From a virus: DNA of 64,000 nucleotides. Position 1 is the first letter of the stretch, and each line of letters opens with the position of its first letter. Under the pieces are notes generated by a model. It did no database searches. It worked only from the letters and a program-made list of their open reading frames with translations, and had not been told where the DNA came from. The stretch lies in IMG/VR virus record IMGVR_UViG_3300046001_008198, positions 32,001-96,000 of that record. One strand, written 5' to 3'. The position numbers and the translations under genes are program-made. Shown one piece after another: positions 29,303 to 39,090 of this stretch.

Positions 29303-30334
29303 CGGTTTATTTAATTGTTATTTTTTGAGTGTGTTTATCAAACACATAACAATTACCTTCTGTTTCCATGAAGGATTGGACTATATCTTTAACATTTGCA
29401 TTACAATATGCTATGAATGATACACTGTAAGTTTTTGAGAATTTCCATTTCACATCATGCAAAGTATTATGTTTTGCTGTAGTTGTGAGCGTACTCCAAG
29501 TATGTCTATTATTAAAAAATAGATTTGCTTCAAGTGCATTTTTAAAAATTAGAATTTGATTTTCATTTTCTAAAATGATAGGTGGATGTTTTGTTTTACC
29601 TGCTTGTGGATTTCCATAACCTTTTCTTTGTTTAGATAAGTTTTCAGAGAAGCCTGTTGGTTTAGCAACACCTTTAATTTTTTTAGATATCAAATGAGAA
29701 GTAATCTTTTTAGATTCTTCTGTAAGCATTGAATATGTATCACCTCCTTTACCACCAATAGTTTGATTAGTTAAAGAGTGTTTTTGTGAATATATTTTAA
29801 TGTAATGCTTTTCTAATAGATTAGAGATAATTTCAGAACAACAATCTATTTCGGTAATTATTGCTTTTGTTGGCAATAAGTTATGTAAATAAGAAAGCCT
29901 TTTGTTCCAATTAACTGATCCTTTATTTGCAGCAGTTACTCTTCTGTAATGTGCAGATAATCTATCTTTTAATTCTAATTTAGTACAACCAATATAAAAT
30001 ATTTCATTGGTCAATGGATTACTTAATGTGTAAATCTTATGTGTGTTCATAGTTTTGATTATAAAGATAAGCTTTATGAATCGATGTTGCAAATATTACT
30101 TCCTGTTTCGGATAAAGTTTGATAACTTTTCCTACTCTACTTCCTTCCATTCTAAAAGAATGTGGTTTCGATAGTCTCTGAACCTTACCCATTTTACAAG
30201 GTCTTGGCTGCTGATTGCCCATTCGACATCTCAGTAATTTTTAAGCATTCACACTTACTCTTTGGAGTTATGTTGTAGCTTACTGAGCTTTAGGGTATTC
30301 CAGCAATTAAAGAAGTTTTATAAGACCCAAGTTA
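29303..30334 (-). mobile_element. group I intron (1032 nt) with GIY-YIG homing endonuclease
   Basis: P AATTGCTGGAA, Q AATCAGCAGCC, R TCAGAGACTAT, S AAGATATAGTCC. IGS GGGTCTT pairs with exon AAGGCT; CTTG/CAAG P10; terminal G at 29303. Confidence 0.92.
29307..30050 (-). CDS. intron-encoded GIY-YIG homing endonuclease
   Basis: KIYTL..FYIGCT..RL..H..E..YI..LTNQTIGG; lies between R and S (P8 region). Confidence 0.88.
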   Translation of the reverse strand: MNTHKIYTLSNPLTNEIFYIGCTKLELKDRLSAHYRRVTAANKGSVNWNKRLSYLHNLLPTKAIITEIDCCSEIISNLLEKHYIKIYSQKHSLTNQTIGGKGGDTYSMLTEESKKITSHLISKKIKGVAKPTGFSENLSKQRKGYGNPQAGKTKHPPIILENENQILIFKNALEANLFFNNRHTWSTLTTTAKHNTLHDVKWKFSKTYSVSFIAYCNANVKDIVQSFMETEGNCYVFDKHTQKITIK

Positions 30335-31516
30335 AGCCTTGTGTGTGCTTGTTGCATAGCCATAGGTACTAATGATAACCGAAGATTTCCATCCGAGTAC
30401 TCGCTTGTTACCAAAATATACGGCTGTAGTAAATCTCTTATCAAATTTGAAAGAGTTTATCTTCATAAGCATTGATGGATGTAGACTTGGTTTATCAAGG
30501 TCTGTGACTAATAGAGTTTGAAACTTTCTATCGATGAATTTAGGATCGGTAGTTTCTATCTCATGTTCGATGAATACGAATGAGTAAATGCCATAGACAG
30601 GATTATTTTTAGTGCCTGTGTCAATTTCTCTTCGGAAGGTATCAAGCACAACTGGATTACGAATTACATATTGCTCACCATTGTTGTACAAGGTGTTTGC
30701 TACAGAGATAACTCTTTCATAGTCATTGATAGGGTTTTTGATTTCATCCTTGTATCTCACACCTCTGATCAATCGATTGTATTCTAATCTTTTGTTATTA
30801 GTGGATGTAAGCAGGATGTAACTTTTATTTCCTGTGATGTCAGCTATTAGTTCTGGGCTGAACTTTTTAACTACACTGAAATCTTCTGAACCGTTATCAA
30901 TTAGATGACATTCATTTGATTGACGAAGATGTGTTGCTACTTTGAGGATTGCTCCATCGTTGCGCTTTACTTCATACAAAGTGAACATCCATTCTTCTTT
31001 GAATTCCATGTTAGAGTTATTCCATGAGAATATTTGCGGGTCTTTGCCAACAGGTTCCAATTGGAATCCATCGCCCATAAATATAATCTTTGCACTTGCT
31101 TTCTTTGCTTCACTTAATAAATCAAGAAGAACTTGTTCATCAATCATAGAGCATTCGTCAACAATGTACACACGGCGAAGGTCAAGACCTTTACCTTTTT
31201 TGAACTCGCCTGTTTTTTCATCAGGACCTCCGTATAATGCTGAATGTAATGTAGAGAAAGAGGTTGAATTGTTTATAATCTTTTCTCTTAATCTTTTTAC
31301 TGCAGCATTGGTTGGAGCCATAACATCGGCTTTAAAATATACAGCTATGTTTTCAGCAATGGTTGTTTTACCAGTACCTGCATAACCGCTTAGAAGAAAG
31401 TATCTTTCTCCGCTTTTTTCCCATTCCAGTATCTTTTCTAAAGCACCCCTCTGATCCGCTGTGTATTCAATTACATTGGATCGAGAGGTGAATATATCTT
31501 TTACAATTTGACTCAT
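30335..31516 (-). CDS. exon 1 of RecD/Dda-like SF1B helicase (spliced length 444 aa)
   Basis: GYAGTGKTT, APTNAA, IVDECSM, GDGFQLEPV, L.EVKR, GYATSTHKA. Confidence 0.92.
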
Positions 31517-31517
31517 G

Positions 31518-32078
31518 TTATTCGCGAGCCCATCCGTAAAACATATAGAGTCCTACACTTTCTTTACTGCTAGGTTTATAATTTACGGTTGCTGTAAGTG
31601 TGCTACCTTTTTCTAATTTTTTAGCTATGTTGATTGTACATTTACGCTTATTCTTTTCACTCCAAGTGCGAGCTTTTGTAAGAGCTTCGCCTTTTGTAGC
31701 ACATGAGTCAAGTAAATCGTCACCGCTGGATGTAGAAATTTCAAAGACCTGGATCCATTTTTTAGTTCCTTTTTCTACATGGTGTTCAACTGTAGTTTTA
31801 ATTTTAGATTTATTTTCTACTGGTTTGACTAATTCCATGAAATAAATGGCTTCATCATTATTTGATGCATACTCTTCTGCAAAGTCGTAGAATCCTTTCT
31901 TTTTTGCTTTTGCGAAGTCGCAAGTTCTATCAATCAAGCGGTGTGATTTGCTTGAATTAATAGTTCCTGAATAACCTTCTTGATGGCCCATTTCATCATC
32001 TGCATCATCCATTGCTTTTCTATAAGCCTCTTGGACATTAAAGCCTCTGGCTTGTACTGTAAATACTACACTTCCCAT
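31518..32078 (-). CDS. hypothetical protein
   Basis: Tiles with neighbours. Confidence 0.65.
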   Translation of the reverse strand: MGSVVFTVQARGFNVQEAYRKAMDDADDEMGHQEGYSGTINSSKSHRLIDRTCDFAKAKKKGFYDFAEEYASNNDEAIYFMELVKPVENKSKIKTTVEHHVEKGTKKWIQVFEISTSSGDDLLDSCATKGEALTKARTWSEKNKRKCTINIAKKLEKGSTLTATVNYKPSSKESVGLYMFYGWARE

Positions 32079-32512
32079 TATGCTGCCGTGTTATTAGGTA
32101 AATTAATTAATTTTTCTACCATGCTTTGTGTTTCAGGATCCTCTGAATTTAGAAACATGATTAGTCTGTCATATTCATTTTTGGATATTTCTTTGTTGAG
32201 ACATCTGGTGTTAATGATTTCTTTGTACTGTCTTGCTTTTTCTTGCCACAATCCAATGTTTTTATTGATAATATTGTAGCCTTTTTTAAGCTTTGCGCTC
32301 ATCATTTCATCAAAGCTAATGTATGCTAATGCCTTACTGACATGACTACAAATAATAACTTCTCTGTTTGCCTTTCCTGTTTTACCATGTTTGGCAATTA
32401 CACTGTATGAATTATTATTATTGTGTTGGTGAAGGAAGATGTTATAATCTTTGTCAGAATTTTGACTACGATTCATGTAGTTCAGGAATACATTTTGAAT
32501 AATAATACTCAT
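32078..32512 (-). CDS. WGR-domain-like protein
   Basis: Y.IFL..YSV...HGK.G..A...F..M...K.KKGY fits the WGR fold, with HGK in place of WGR. Confidence 0.5.
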   Translation of the reverse strand: MSIIIQNVFLNYMNRSQNSDKDYNIFLHQHNNNNSYSVIAKHGKTGKANREVIICSHVSKALAYISFDEMMSAKLKKGYNIINKNIGLWQEKARQYKEIINTRCLNKEISKNEYDRLIMFLNSEDPETQSMVEKLINLPNNTAA

Positions 32513-32513
32513 G

Positions 32514-32855
32514 TTATAGCAATTTAAGGATGGTTTCTAAAAAAGAAAGCTCTTTGGTGATACCAGAGTAAACTTGAGCTTCAGTGTTGACATCCGATGA
32601 TACTGTACAAGAATTTAATATAACTGAATCAATAGATTCATGAAGTCGTGCATCCCACAAATCGGAAGAGGTATTTTTATCTATAGCTTGAATTAATTGA
32701 GTAGCTGCAGTTTTAAGAACTTCCATATTGTTGAGTGCTTTGAGTACAATGTCTGCTTCTGCTTTTGTAGAACATAGGCAAATCCGTCCATAAGATTTCT
32801 CGAATACAACTACACTACCGTCTTTGTATGAGATTTTTCTATACTTGTTTGCCAT
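32514..32855 (-). CDS. hypothetical protein
   Basis: Tiles with neighbours. Confidence 0.6.
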   Translation of the reverse strand: MANKYRKISYKDGSVVVFEKSYGRICLCSTKAEADIVLKALNNMEVLKTAATQLIQAIDKNTSSDLWDARLHESIDSVILNSCTVSSDVNTEAQVYSGITKELSFLETILKLL

Positions 32856-32856
32856 A

Positions 32857-33843
32857 TTAATCTATCCAAAAGGTTCCACAATCTTGACATCTGTTACCAC
32901 AAGGGTAGTTGTTGATGTAAGTAGTATTTCTATGACGAGTGATATCCATATCTCCCGCACTACATTTACCTGCTTTATAAATAATATCGAATCGCTTGTC
33001 ACGGTTTGTGATTTCGCTAAGACTGGATTCAGGTAAGATTCTTTTGCATTTAGTACGACTGAATTCAACTTTGGTATTTTCACACCAGTTGCTAGACATT
33101 TGACATACTGAATGAGTGTATGAGTACTTAATGTTTTTGCAGATATGAATTCTTTCTTTTTCCAAAGGGAGAATAACAGTTCCTGTACAATAACAATGAT
33201 CACCACTTCCATTTGAAGTATTAATTATAGCTAATGCAAAGTTACTAAAGCGAAGTGAGTTAATCTTTTCATCAATGATGATGTACTTTTCTAAATCATC
33301 GTAGAAATAAATGACTAAATTTCCTCCGTAAGAGGCTTGCATAATCATCATATCGATAGCAGCATCTGTTTCAGGTGAAGCTTTCTTTAAGCCTATGAAG
33401 TTTTTAATACATTTTCTTTCCTGAATTATTCGCTTTTTAGACCAATTCCATGACTCTGAGTCCATTTCATATCCAGTGTCGTAGAACATGGTTTGCTTAC
33501 CCGTGTTGCGAAATAAATCTTTAATTGGAGTTGATGTATCATTGTCATAAATTTCATCAGTGATGCGATCGTTTAACTCATCCATGATTTCATCTATATC
33601 TTCTTCGGATAATTCTGGAAAGTCTCTTTCAATGGCTGATTTAACTTCTTCTTTTTCATCTAATATGTCTACATCCCAATCGAAAGTAATATCGTCAATA
33701 TCTTCATAAGAAGATTTGTGTATTGCCGATTCTATTTCATCAAGTTTGTGACTTAAATCATCATTTTGGTCAACATAATAAATATGAGCCTTAGGAACAA
33801 GTGGTTTTACCTGCTCCCAAGACAATTTGATTTCTTTTTCCAT
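32857..33843 (-). CDS. hypothetical protein (acidic N-terminus, Cys-rich C-terminus)
   Basis: 328 aa; ends PCGNRCQDCGTFWID. Confidence 0.7.
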   Translation of the reverse strand: MEKEIKLSWEQVKPLVPKAHIYYVDQNDDLSHKLDEIESAIHKSSYEDIDDITFDWDVDILDEKEEVKSAIERDFPELSEEDIDEIMDELNDRITDEIYDNDTSTPIKDLFRNTGKQTMFYDTGYEMDSESWNWSKKRIIQERKCIKNFIGLKKASPETDAAIDMMIMQASYGGNLVIYFYDDLEKYIIIDEKINSLRFSNFALAIINTSNGSGDHCYCTGTVILPLEKERIHICKNIKYSYTHSVCQMSSNWCENTKVEFSRTKCKRILPESSLSEITNRDKRFDIIYKAGKCSAGDMDITRHRNTTYINNYPCGNRCQDCGTFWID

Positions 33844-34310
33844 TACTTAACAATTGTGCGATGGGCTCTTACTAAATAGACTTCACCATTAGGTCTGTCG
33901 ATAATAGCTCTTCCTTCTTTTAGGCTACTAAGTGTTGCAGTAGGTTCTCCTAAGAATATTTGAATAGCTGATAAGATTTTATCTGTAGCAGATTTACCAT
34001 TAGTTACTTGAATTGTGTCAATGTATGTATCTTCTGGAGAGAATAGAACATCAACTTCAATAACTTTGGATTCTTCTCTTACAGGCATATCTGAGGCAAT
34101 TGAAAGTACCACAGCATCAGGAGCTGGAGTGTCGAGAATTTGAGTTGGTTGATCGTAAGATTTAACTGTGAGTGTTTTACCTTTGAGTTGCTTTAATGCT
34201 TCTCTGTCGATAAAGTTCTCTGGGTCCGGACATAATACAATTTTCAATGCTCCGTTGCTGATGATAGTAATTTTCATTGTGTAAGATTTAGAGTATACCG
34301 TTGTCGGCAA
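33843..34310 (-). CDS. hypothetical protein
   Basis: Start probably at the second Met (MKITI). Confidence 0.6.
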   Translation of the reverse strand: MPTTVYSKSYTMKITIISNGALKIVLCPDPENFIDREALKQLKGKTLTVKSYDQPTQILDTPAPDAVVLSIASDMPVREESKVIEVDVLFSPEDTYIDTIQVTNGKSATDKILSAIQIFLGEPTATLSSLKEGRAIIDRPNGEVYLVRAHRTIVK

Positions 34311-34755
34311 ATGAATAATAATTATGTTTTGTTATAATTAAGTGGTCAATAACTTGCATATCAATCATGCTACCAAAGTTTTTTAATTTTCTAGTAAGTG
34401 ATATATCATTATCGCTTGGTTTATTTTGACCACTTGGGTGATTGTGAACTAAAATTATAGCGTGACAATTGCTGTTTTTTAATGCATTGCTGAATATAAT
34501 TTTGCCATCAACTACAACTCCACTGTATCCACCTTCTCCAATTTTTGAGTAACCAATAATTTGATTAGCTTTGTTGAGATATAAAGTGTAGAAGTATTCG
34601 TTTAGATTAATTTCACATAGTTCTTTTTTGTAAATCTTTCTCATAAAAGCTGCAGTTGTTTCAGGACTTGTCAGGTTTTCTATAGGAAATGTAGTACTTT
34701 CTTTTGCTAATGTAAGTCTTTGTCGAATTACATATTTTACTGGAAGTTTCATCAC
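34288..34755 (-). CDS. RadC-like JAB-domain protein
   Basis: E.F..LYLN..N, ILVHNHPSG..PS.ND..LT, DHLII. Confidence 0.9.
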   Translation of the reverse strand: MMKLPVKYVIRQRLTLAKESTTFPIENLTSPETTAAFMRKIYKKELCEINLNEYFYTLYLNKANQIIGYSKIGEGGYSGVVVDGKIIFSNALKNSNCHAIILVHNHPSGQNKPSDNDISLTRKLKNFGSMIDMQVIDHLIITKHNYYSFADNGIL

Positions 34756-35033
34756 ATTAAGAAATTAATAGCTATTTGCATATCGATGAAGATAAGGTAA
34801 TTACCCATAGCTAATTCATCTTTGTGTCCTACTATTTTAAATAATGGTTCAAGAAATCCTTGATTGTTTTTGAAACCTGTTATTCTTGCAGATCTGATAA
34901 TACCATTTTGTTTTTTAGGAAGCATGTAGTCTCTGTGTAGAACAAGAACTTTACTCCCTATTGTCAGGTCTTTCATTGGGAAACTGTATCCTTTTGGAAG
35001 ATCTGTTTGATTTATTTTTTGATGTTGTGGCAT
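34752..35033 (-). CDS. hypothetical protein
   Basis: Tiles with neighbours. Confidence 0.55.
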   Translation of the reverse strand: MPQHQKINQTDLPKGYSFPMKDLTIGSKVLVLHRDYMLPKKQNGIIRSARITGFKNNQGFLEPLFKIVGHKDELAMGNYLIFIDMQIAINFLM

Positions 35034-35448
35034 AGTTAATAAATTGTTTGAAAAAGATTCTCATAATTTCATCTTTGCTGTAATTGCTGTCAATGAATTG
35101 TTCAAATTCTTTTTGATTAATATTAATTTCAATTGTATATGAAGTTTCAGTAGTTTCTCTAGGAGATTTTTCTAAATATTGTGGAAACTTCATTGGTATT
35201 TTTGAGCGTAATTCTTCTGTAAATTCTATAAATTCGGGATGATTCTGAATGAAAAAGACTTCAATGATATTATGGCGAATTGCATCATGGTTTCGATTTA
35301 ATTCTTTACCAATAGCACTCAGAGACATTTTTAGTATCCAAAACATATATGCGGCTATATAATGTCGTTGTAATACAATGTCTCTGTTTCGTGCTCTTGT
35401 AATTAAACCTTTCTCTTTCATGAATCCCCGTAAGTCATCAATTGTCAT
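34951..35448 (-). CDS. protein with DnaA domain IV-like helix-turn-helix
   Basis: R.R.IV..R..A.....MSLSAIGKELNRNH..I.H resembles the DnaA C-terminal DNA-binding domain. Confidence 0.55.
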   Translation of the reverse strand: MTIDDLRGFMKEKGLITRARNRDIVLQRHYIAAYMFWILKMSLSAIGKELNRNHDAIRHNIIEVFFIQNHPEFIEFTEELRSKIPMKFPQYLEKSPRETTETSYTIEININQKEFEQFIDSNYSKDEIMRIFFKQFINYATTSKNKSNRSSKRIQFPNERPDNRE

Positions 35449-35449
35449 C

Positions 35450-36232
35450 CTAATTACATTTTAAGGTTTTAGTTGTTTCAACTGTCCACGGAATATCTGA
35501 ATGTTCAAAGCAATCTTTGAGATAGTCAAATTCTTTGAATTTGAATTTGGCATCCCACTCTTTAGCTCTTTCATAACTAGATGTAGCTAAGGCTTTGAAT
35601 CCGTAGAAATCTCGCATCTTTTCTACATCTATAGGCTCAATATCAATTTTTGTATCATTGAACTGTAATTGATAAAAAGAATGCAATGGATCCGGTGCGA
35701 ACAAAGTTTGCTTTGGATTACCTAATTCCATAAAGAAAGTTGCAGTATTTAAATATCTACTTGGATTGAGTTGATTGAATGCGGCATATACAGCTAACTG
35801 TAACATTGAATTGTTAACATACCAATCTGTTACAGGTTTATCCGATGTAATATTTTTATGTTCAATGAATAGAAAAGAACCTGTCATTACTAATCCTTTG
35901 TTGTCATCTTTGAAATCAGGAATAACTTCATCGAATGCGTAGTGAATAAGTACTTCTTGATTGTTGACCGGAAGTTTATATGTTCCTCGCATTTCTAAAA
36001 ATTGTGATGTAGCTTTAGCTAAGGCAAGTTCATTTCCTGCAACTTGTGCTGGTGTTACTACTGCTTTATCAGGATTGTTTCTTAGATAGCAGATTTGCAT
36101 TGCAGACTTTTTGATAAGGTCGGCAAGGCCAAAATGTTGTGTTTCCATGTGATGATAGTAAAATGAAAAAAGCCTACTGAGTTTCAGTAGGCCGAGGTAG
36201 TACCCAGTATACATCATTAGTTTGCTCGTCAC
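35450..36232 (-). CDS. PD-(D/E)XK-like nuclease fold protein (start likely 36148)
   Basis: FDE..FIEHK..LQLAVY. Confidence 0.5.
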   Translation of the reverse strand: MTSKLMMYTGYYLGLLKLSRLFSFYYHHMETQHFGLADLIKKSAMQICYLRNNPDKAVVTPAQVAGNELALAKATSQFLEMRGTYKLPVNNQEVLIHYAFDEVIPDFKDDNKGLVMTGSFLFIEHKNITSDKPVTDWYVNNSMLQLAVYAAFNQLNPSRYLNTATFFMELGNPKQTLFAPDPLHSFYQLQFNDTKIDIEPIDVEKMRDFYGFKALATSSYERAKEWDAKFKFKEFDYLKDCFEHSDIPWTVETTKTLKCN

Positions 36233-36437
36233 GAACTAAAGGAATTTTGATTAATTCTATGTCTTTTGGGTTAATCTTAATGTTTTGATTGGTGCGGTAA
36301 TAACCTTGTGCTTTATATCGAAGTGGGAAATCTTTTATGAATTGATCGGCTACTTCTGAGGAGAATTCTTGAGGTGATGCTGTAATATTATCAGTCTTAT
36401 TGAAGACTATAAAGAGTTGTTGTTCCATACAATACAT
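36174..36437 (-). CDS. hypothetical protein
   Basis: F..QF..RY..QGYY pattern. Confidence 0.55.
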   Translation of the reverse strand: MYCMEQQLFIVFNKTDNITASPQEFSSEVADQFIKDFPLRYKAQGYYRTNQNIKINPKDIELIKIPLVRDEQTNDVYWVLPRPTETQ

Positions 36438-36604
36438 CCTTCTTTTTTGTGCTTTTCATACATAAGCTCTGTTGTAGATCTTACAATGAATTTACGGTGA
36501 GGTTTCATTTTAAGTTTGTTGACATCAAAGCTTTCATAGCCTGGTAAACAACTAACTAAATGTTCAATATCGATTACTTGTTTGCGATTGGAATTTCTGA
36601 TCAT
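36407..36604 (-). CDS. hypothetical protein
   Basis: Tiles with neighbours. Confidence 0.5.
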   Translation of the reverse strand: MIRNSNRKQVIDIEHLVSCLPGYESFDVNKLKMKPHRKFIVRSTTELMYEKHKKEGCIVWNNNSL

Positions 36605-36894
36605 ACTTCTTCTAAAATTTCAGCTTCTAAATAAGCAATTATTTCTTCTTCATTGTTAGGATCTATGATTGCAAATCTATGACATGAGTAAAAACTATAT
36701 GGAAAATGTGCATCGGTTAATGTGAGTTCAGCAAGTGTGAAACCCCATGTATTTTTTCCATACTGAGTTCTATGCAACTTAGTTGCTGTATAAACTCTTT
36801 TATCTTTAACCCATAGGTAGTCAGGAATTTCAACAGGTTTTTTTGCATCATCAATACATACGACCTTGCATGGTAATTTGATTTCTTTAGCCAT
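36601..36894 (-). CDS. hypothetical protein (probable paralog of 8098-8370)
   Basis: KVVCIDD..VYT..GFTLAEL..RF. Confidence 0.6.
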   Translation of the reverse strand: MAKEIKLPCKVVCIDDAKKPVEIPDYLWVKDKRVYTATKLHRTQYGKNTWGFTLAELTLTDAHFPYSFYSCHRFAIIDPNNEEEIIAYLEAEILEEV

Positions 36895-37207
36895 TGAATT
36901 CTTTTTTTATTTCAGCAATAAGTCCGCGTCTTTCAAGGACTGCATGCATTGGATGTATTTGTTCCCAAGATCCCATTTTAACATGGGCTTTTCCTGAATT
37001 GTGTGCAATTAGTACTATTTGTTCAACTTGCAATGGTTGGAATTGGGTTGCTTCGGTTACAGCACCGGCTACATATTCGAATGAATGTACATCGTCATTA
37101 TGTAGAAATAAATGACATTCTGCAAGATGAGGATCGATCTCGGTGAGTTCTTTATAAGAGGTCTTGTTCATGAGCGAGTTTTGGGTTTTCAAAATGAATT
37201 TTATCAT
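36887..37207 (-). CDS. clpS: ATP-dependent Clp protease adaptor ClpS homologue
   Basis: LFLHNDDVHSFEYV and EQIVLIAHNSGKAHVK.G; N-degron pocket NDD and His retained. Confidence 0.8.
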   Translation of the reverse strand: MIKFILKTQNSLMNKTSYKELTEIDPHLAECHLFLHNDDVHSFEYVAGAVTEATQFQPLQVEQIVLIAHNSGKAHVKMGSWEQIHPMHAVLERRGLIAEIKKEFNG

Positions 37208-37577
37208 GGCAGTTACGACACGAGGCTTTAAAGAATTTTACCTCAGTTGTATTAATACCACGACCTTTCGAGTGATGCAAATCAGTTGCGGATCCAGTGC
37301 AACCTACCCAATTAATTTCACAGTAAGGATGTTTATTGAGATATTCTAATCTAACTTTTAGATACTCAGCTTTAATCTTTGCTTGTTTTGGTGAAAGTTT
37401 TTTAATTGGGGTTGGTGGTTTTACTGTAGGCTTTTTTACATTTGATGCTTTGTCACTCATTTGAAGCGAGCAACTATAACTGCAGCAAGGCAACCTGTCT
37501 CCATCTATTGTTACATATTTGAAGACAGGTCTATTGTTACCACAACAAATGCACTGTTTATGTTTTCTAGCAATCAC
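37152..37577 (-). CDS. HNH-like endonuclease with N-terminal zinc finger
   Basis: CICC..CCSYSC; CE..C...ATDLHH.KGR..CRNCHDKIH. Confidence 0.65.
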   Translation of the reverse strand: MIARKHKQCICCGNNRPVFKYVTIDGDRLPCCSYSCSLQMSDKASNVKKPTVKPPTPIKKLSPKQAKIKAEYLKVRLEYLNKHPYCEINWVGCTGSATDLHHSKGRGINTTEVKFFKASCRNCHDKIHFENPKLAHEQDLL

Positions 37578-38143
37578 ATTGCAGCAAAGTTAGAAGGTAA
37601 TAGTTTACTTTCCAAAAGTTTTTCGATAATCATACCTCTGGATATTCCTAATTCCTTGAATGAAAGTGTGCATTTAAAATTTGAATCTGTTGTAATGTCT
37701 GAGCTTAATAACTGCTTGAATAATACAGCAGGTAAGATTTCAGGAGTTTGCTTTTTAATTTGCACAGAAACTTTAGAAGTGTTTTCGTATGAGCGCACGA
37801 TTTTGAGGTCATTACTTCTTTGACTTGAAGCTGATGATAGTAAATCATTCGCCACATTACTGAAAGCTTTCAATCGGAGATTCATTATCTCTTGCTTGAA
37901 GATGTTAATTACATCTTGAGCTTTTCTGTGAGTTTTTGCTATACGAGATTTCTTTGCAGAATTCATGGTATATAATTCTTCTGGTGTGTAAACAGAGAGT
38001 CCGAACAATAAGCGATCGTAAAGATGCTGCTGTCCGTTTGATAGAGATACTGGTCCATAAGACTGTGCTAGTTTTTGGTACTCAGTTCTGATAATACGAG
38101 TTTTAGTCAGTGACGCTAAGTCCTGAAGAGAATTTGTTTTCAT
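37574..38143 (-). CDS. hypothetical protein
   Basis: Tiles with neighbours. Confidence 0.65.
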   Translation of the reverse strand: MKTNSLQDLASLTKTRIIRTEYQKLAQSYGPVSLSNGQQHLYDRLLFGLSVYTPEELYTMNSAKKSRIAKTHRKAQDVINIFKQEIMNLRLKAFSNVANDLLSSASSQRSNDLKIVRSYENTSKVSVQIKKQTPEILPAVLFKQLLSSDITTDSNFKCTLSFKELGISRGMIIEKLLESKLLPSNFAAM

Positions 38144-38164
38144 ATAAATTTGGATTAAAGAATT

Positions 38165-38446
38165 TTATTCATCATTGAATAGAGCATCGAGATTAATCTC
38201 TACTGTTGGCTCGTCTTCATCTGTGAGAAATTCAAGGGTTTGGTGTTGTGATGGATCTTCGATGTCTTCTTCGATGTGTTCATCAAGACTTTCGAAAGGG
38301 TTGGATGAGGCTCCTCCGATGTTCATGCCATTTAGGACTTTCAAATCATCATCGTCCATAGCTAAAAAAGCCTCTAAGGACATGTTGATTGATTTACCAT
38401 TTGGACATTGATACCTCATTGTTGCAATAATTATATATAATAACAA
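38165..38446 (-). CDS. small highly acidic protein
   Basis: From MRYQ: 22 Asp/Glu against 3 Lys/Arg in 84 aa. Confidence 0.65.
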   Translation of the reverse strand: MLLYIIIATMRYQCPNGKSINMSLEAFLAMDDDDLKVLNGMNIGGASSNPFESLDEHIEEDIEDPSQHQTLEFLTDEDEPTVEINLDALFNDE

Positions 38447-38456
38447 AAATAAGTTA

Positions 38457-38900
38457 TTAAAGTAGTTCTATAGGCTTACAGTAGTATTGTTGAATCTTTA
38501 TAATTGAAGATATTACTAAACCATCTACTATTTTAGTTGGAATTTTAACAAAAACATCCTGATTTAGAACTGAGATTTCATGTATTTCCACTACAACATA
38601 ACCATTGATATCAATCAACTTGTTGTTTTTGTGGTAGTTCATTATTTCTGTATTCCAAAGTGATTTAATTTTAATCCTAACATTTACTCCAGGAGCAAAG
38701 ATGCATGGATTACCATTAACTTTGATTGGTTTTTCAGGATTGTTTAGAAAGTTCATGAACATATCTCTCTGATCACTTCCCATTTCTGAAAGATTGAGTG
38801 CTAATTGTTTAATAATTAGTTCTTTTTTTTCTGGAAAGTTCATGAACATTTTGATAATATCAATATCTCTTTGTAAAGAGTCTTCGTTGATTCTGCTCAT
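38457..38900 (-). CDS. hypothetical protein
   Basis: On the coding strand. Confidence 0.6.
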   Translation of the reverse strand: MSRINEDSLQRDIDIIKMFMNFPEKKELIIKQLALNLSEMGSDQRDMFMNFLNNPEKPIKVNGNPCIFAPGVNVRIKIKSLWNTEIMNYHKNNKLIDINGYVVVEIHEISVLNQDVFVKIPTKIVDGLVISSIIKIQQYYCKPIELL

Positions 38901-39060
38901 AATTAATTGATGTAACCGTATTGAGCCATTAGTGTTGGATCAACCCCTGTGAGTTGGCAATCTAAGATGAATTCTTCATGCATTTGTGCCAATACATCAT
39001 CTTGGGTCATTGGCTTTTGTTCTGTTGTTGGCTTTTCCATTTGTGTAAATTAAGAGAATA

Positions 39061-39090
39061 AAAAAGGGAATACACGATGCATTCCCTTTT
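39061..39090 (-). terminator. intrinsic terminator
   Basis: AAAAAGGGAAT-loop-ATTCCCTTTT. Confidence 0.65.

Noticed and set aside
30037-30222. 61-aa ORF MGNQQPRPCKMGKVQRLSK..
   Set aside because: It is the chance translation of the group I intron Q and R elements, not a gene
3641-33212. Numerous + strand ORFs nested in long - strand genes (e.g. 3641, 4287, 12425, 18663, 19843, 25535, 30942, 31600), and short same-strand alternative-frame ORFs such as 32862-33212
   Set aside because: Shadow ORFs of well-supported genes
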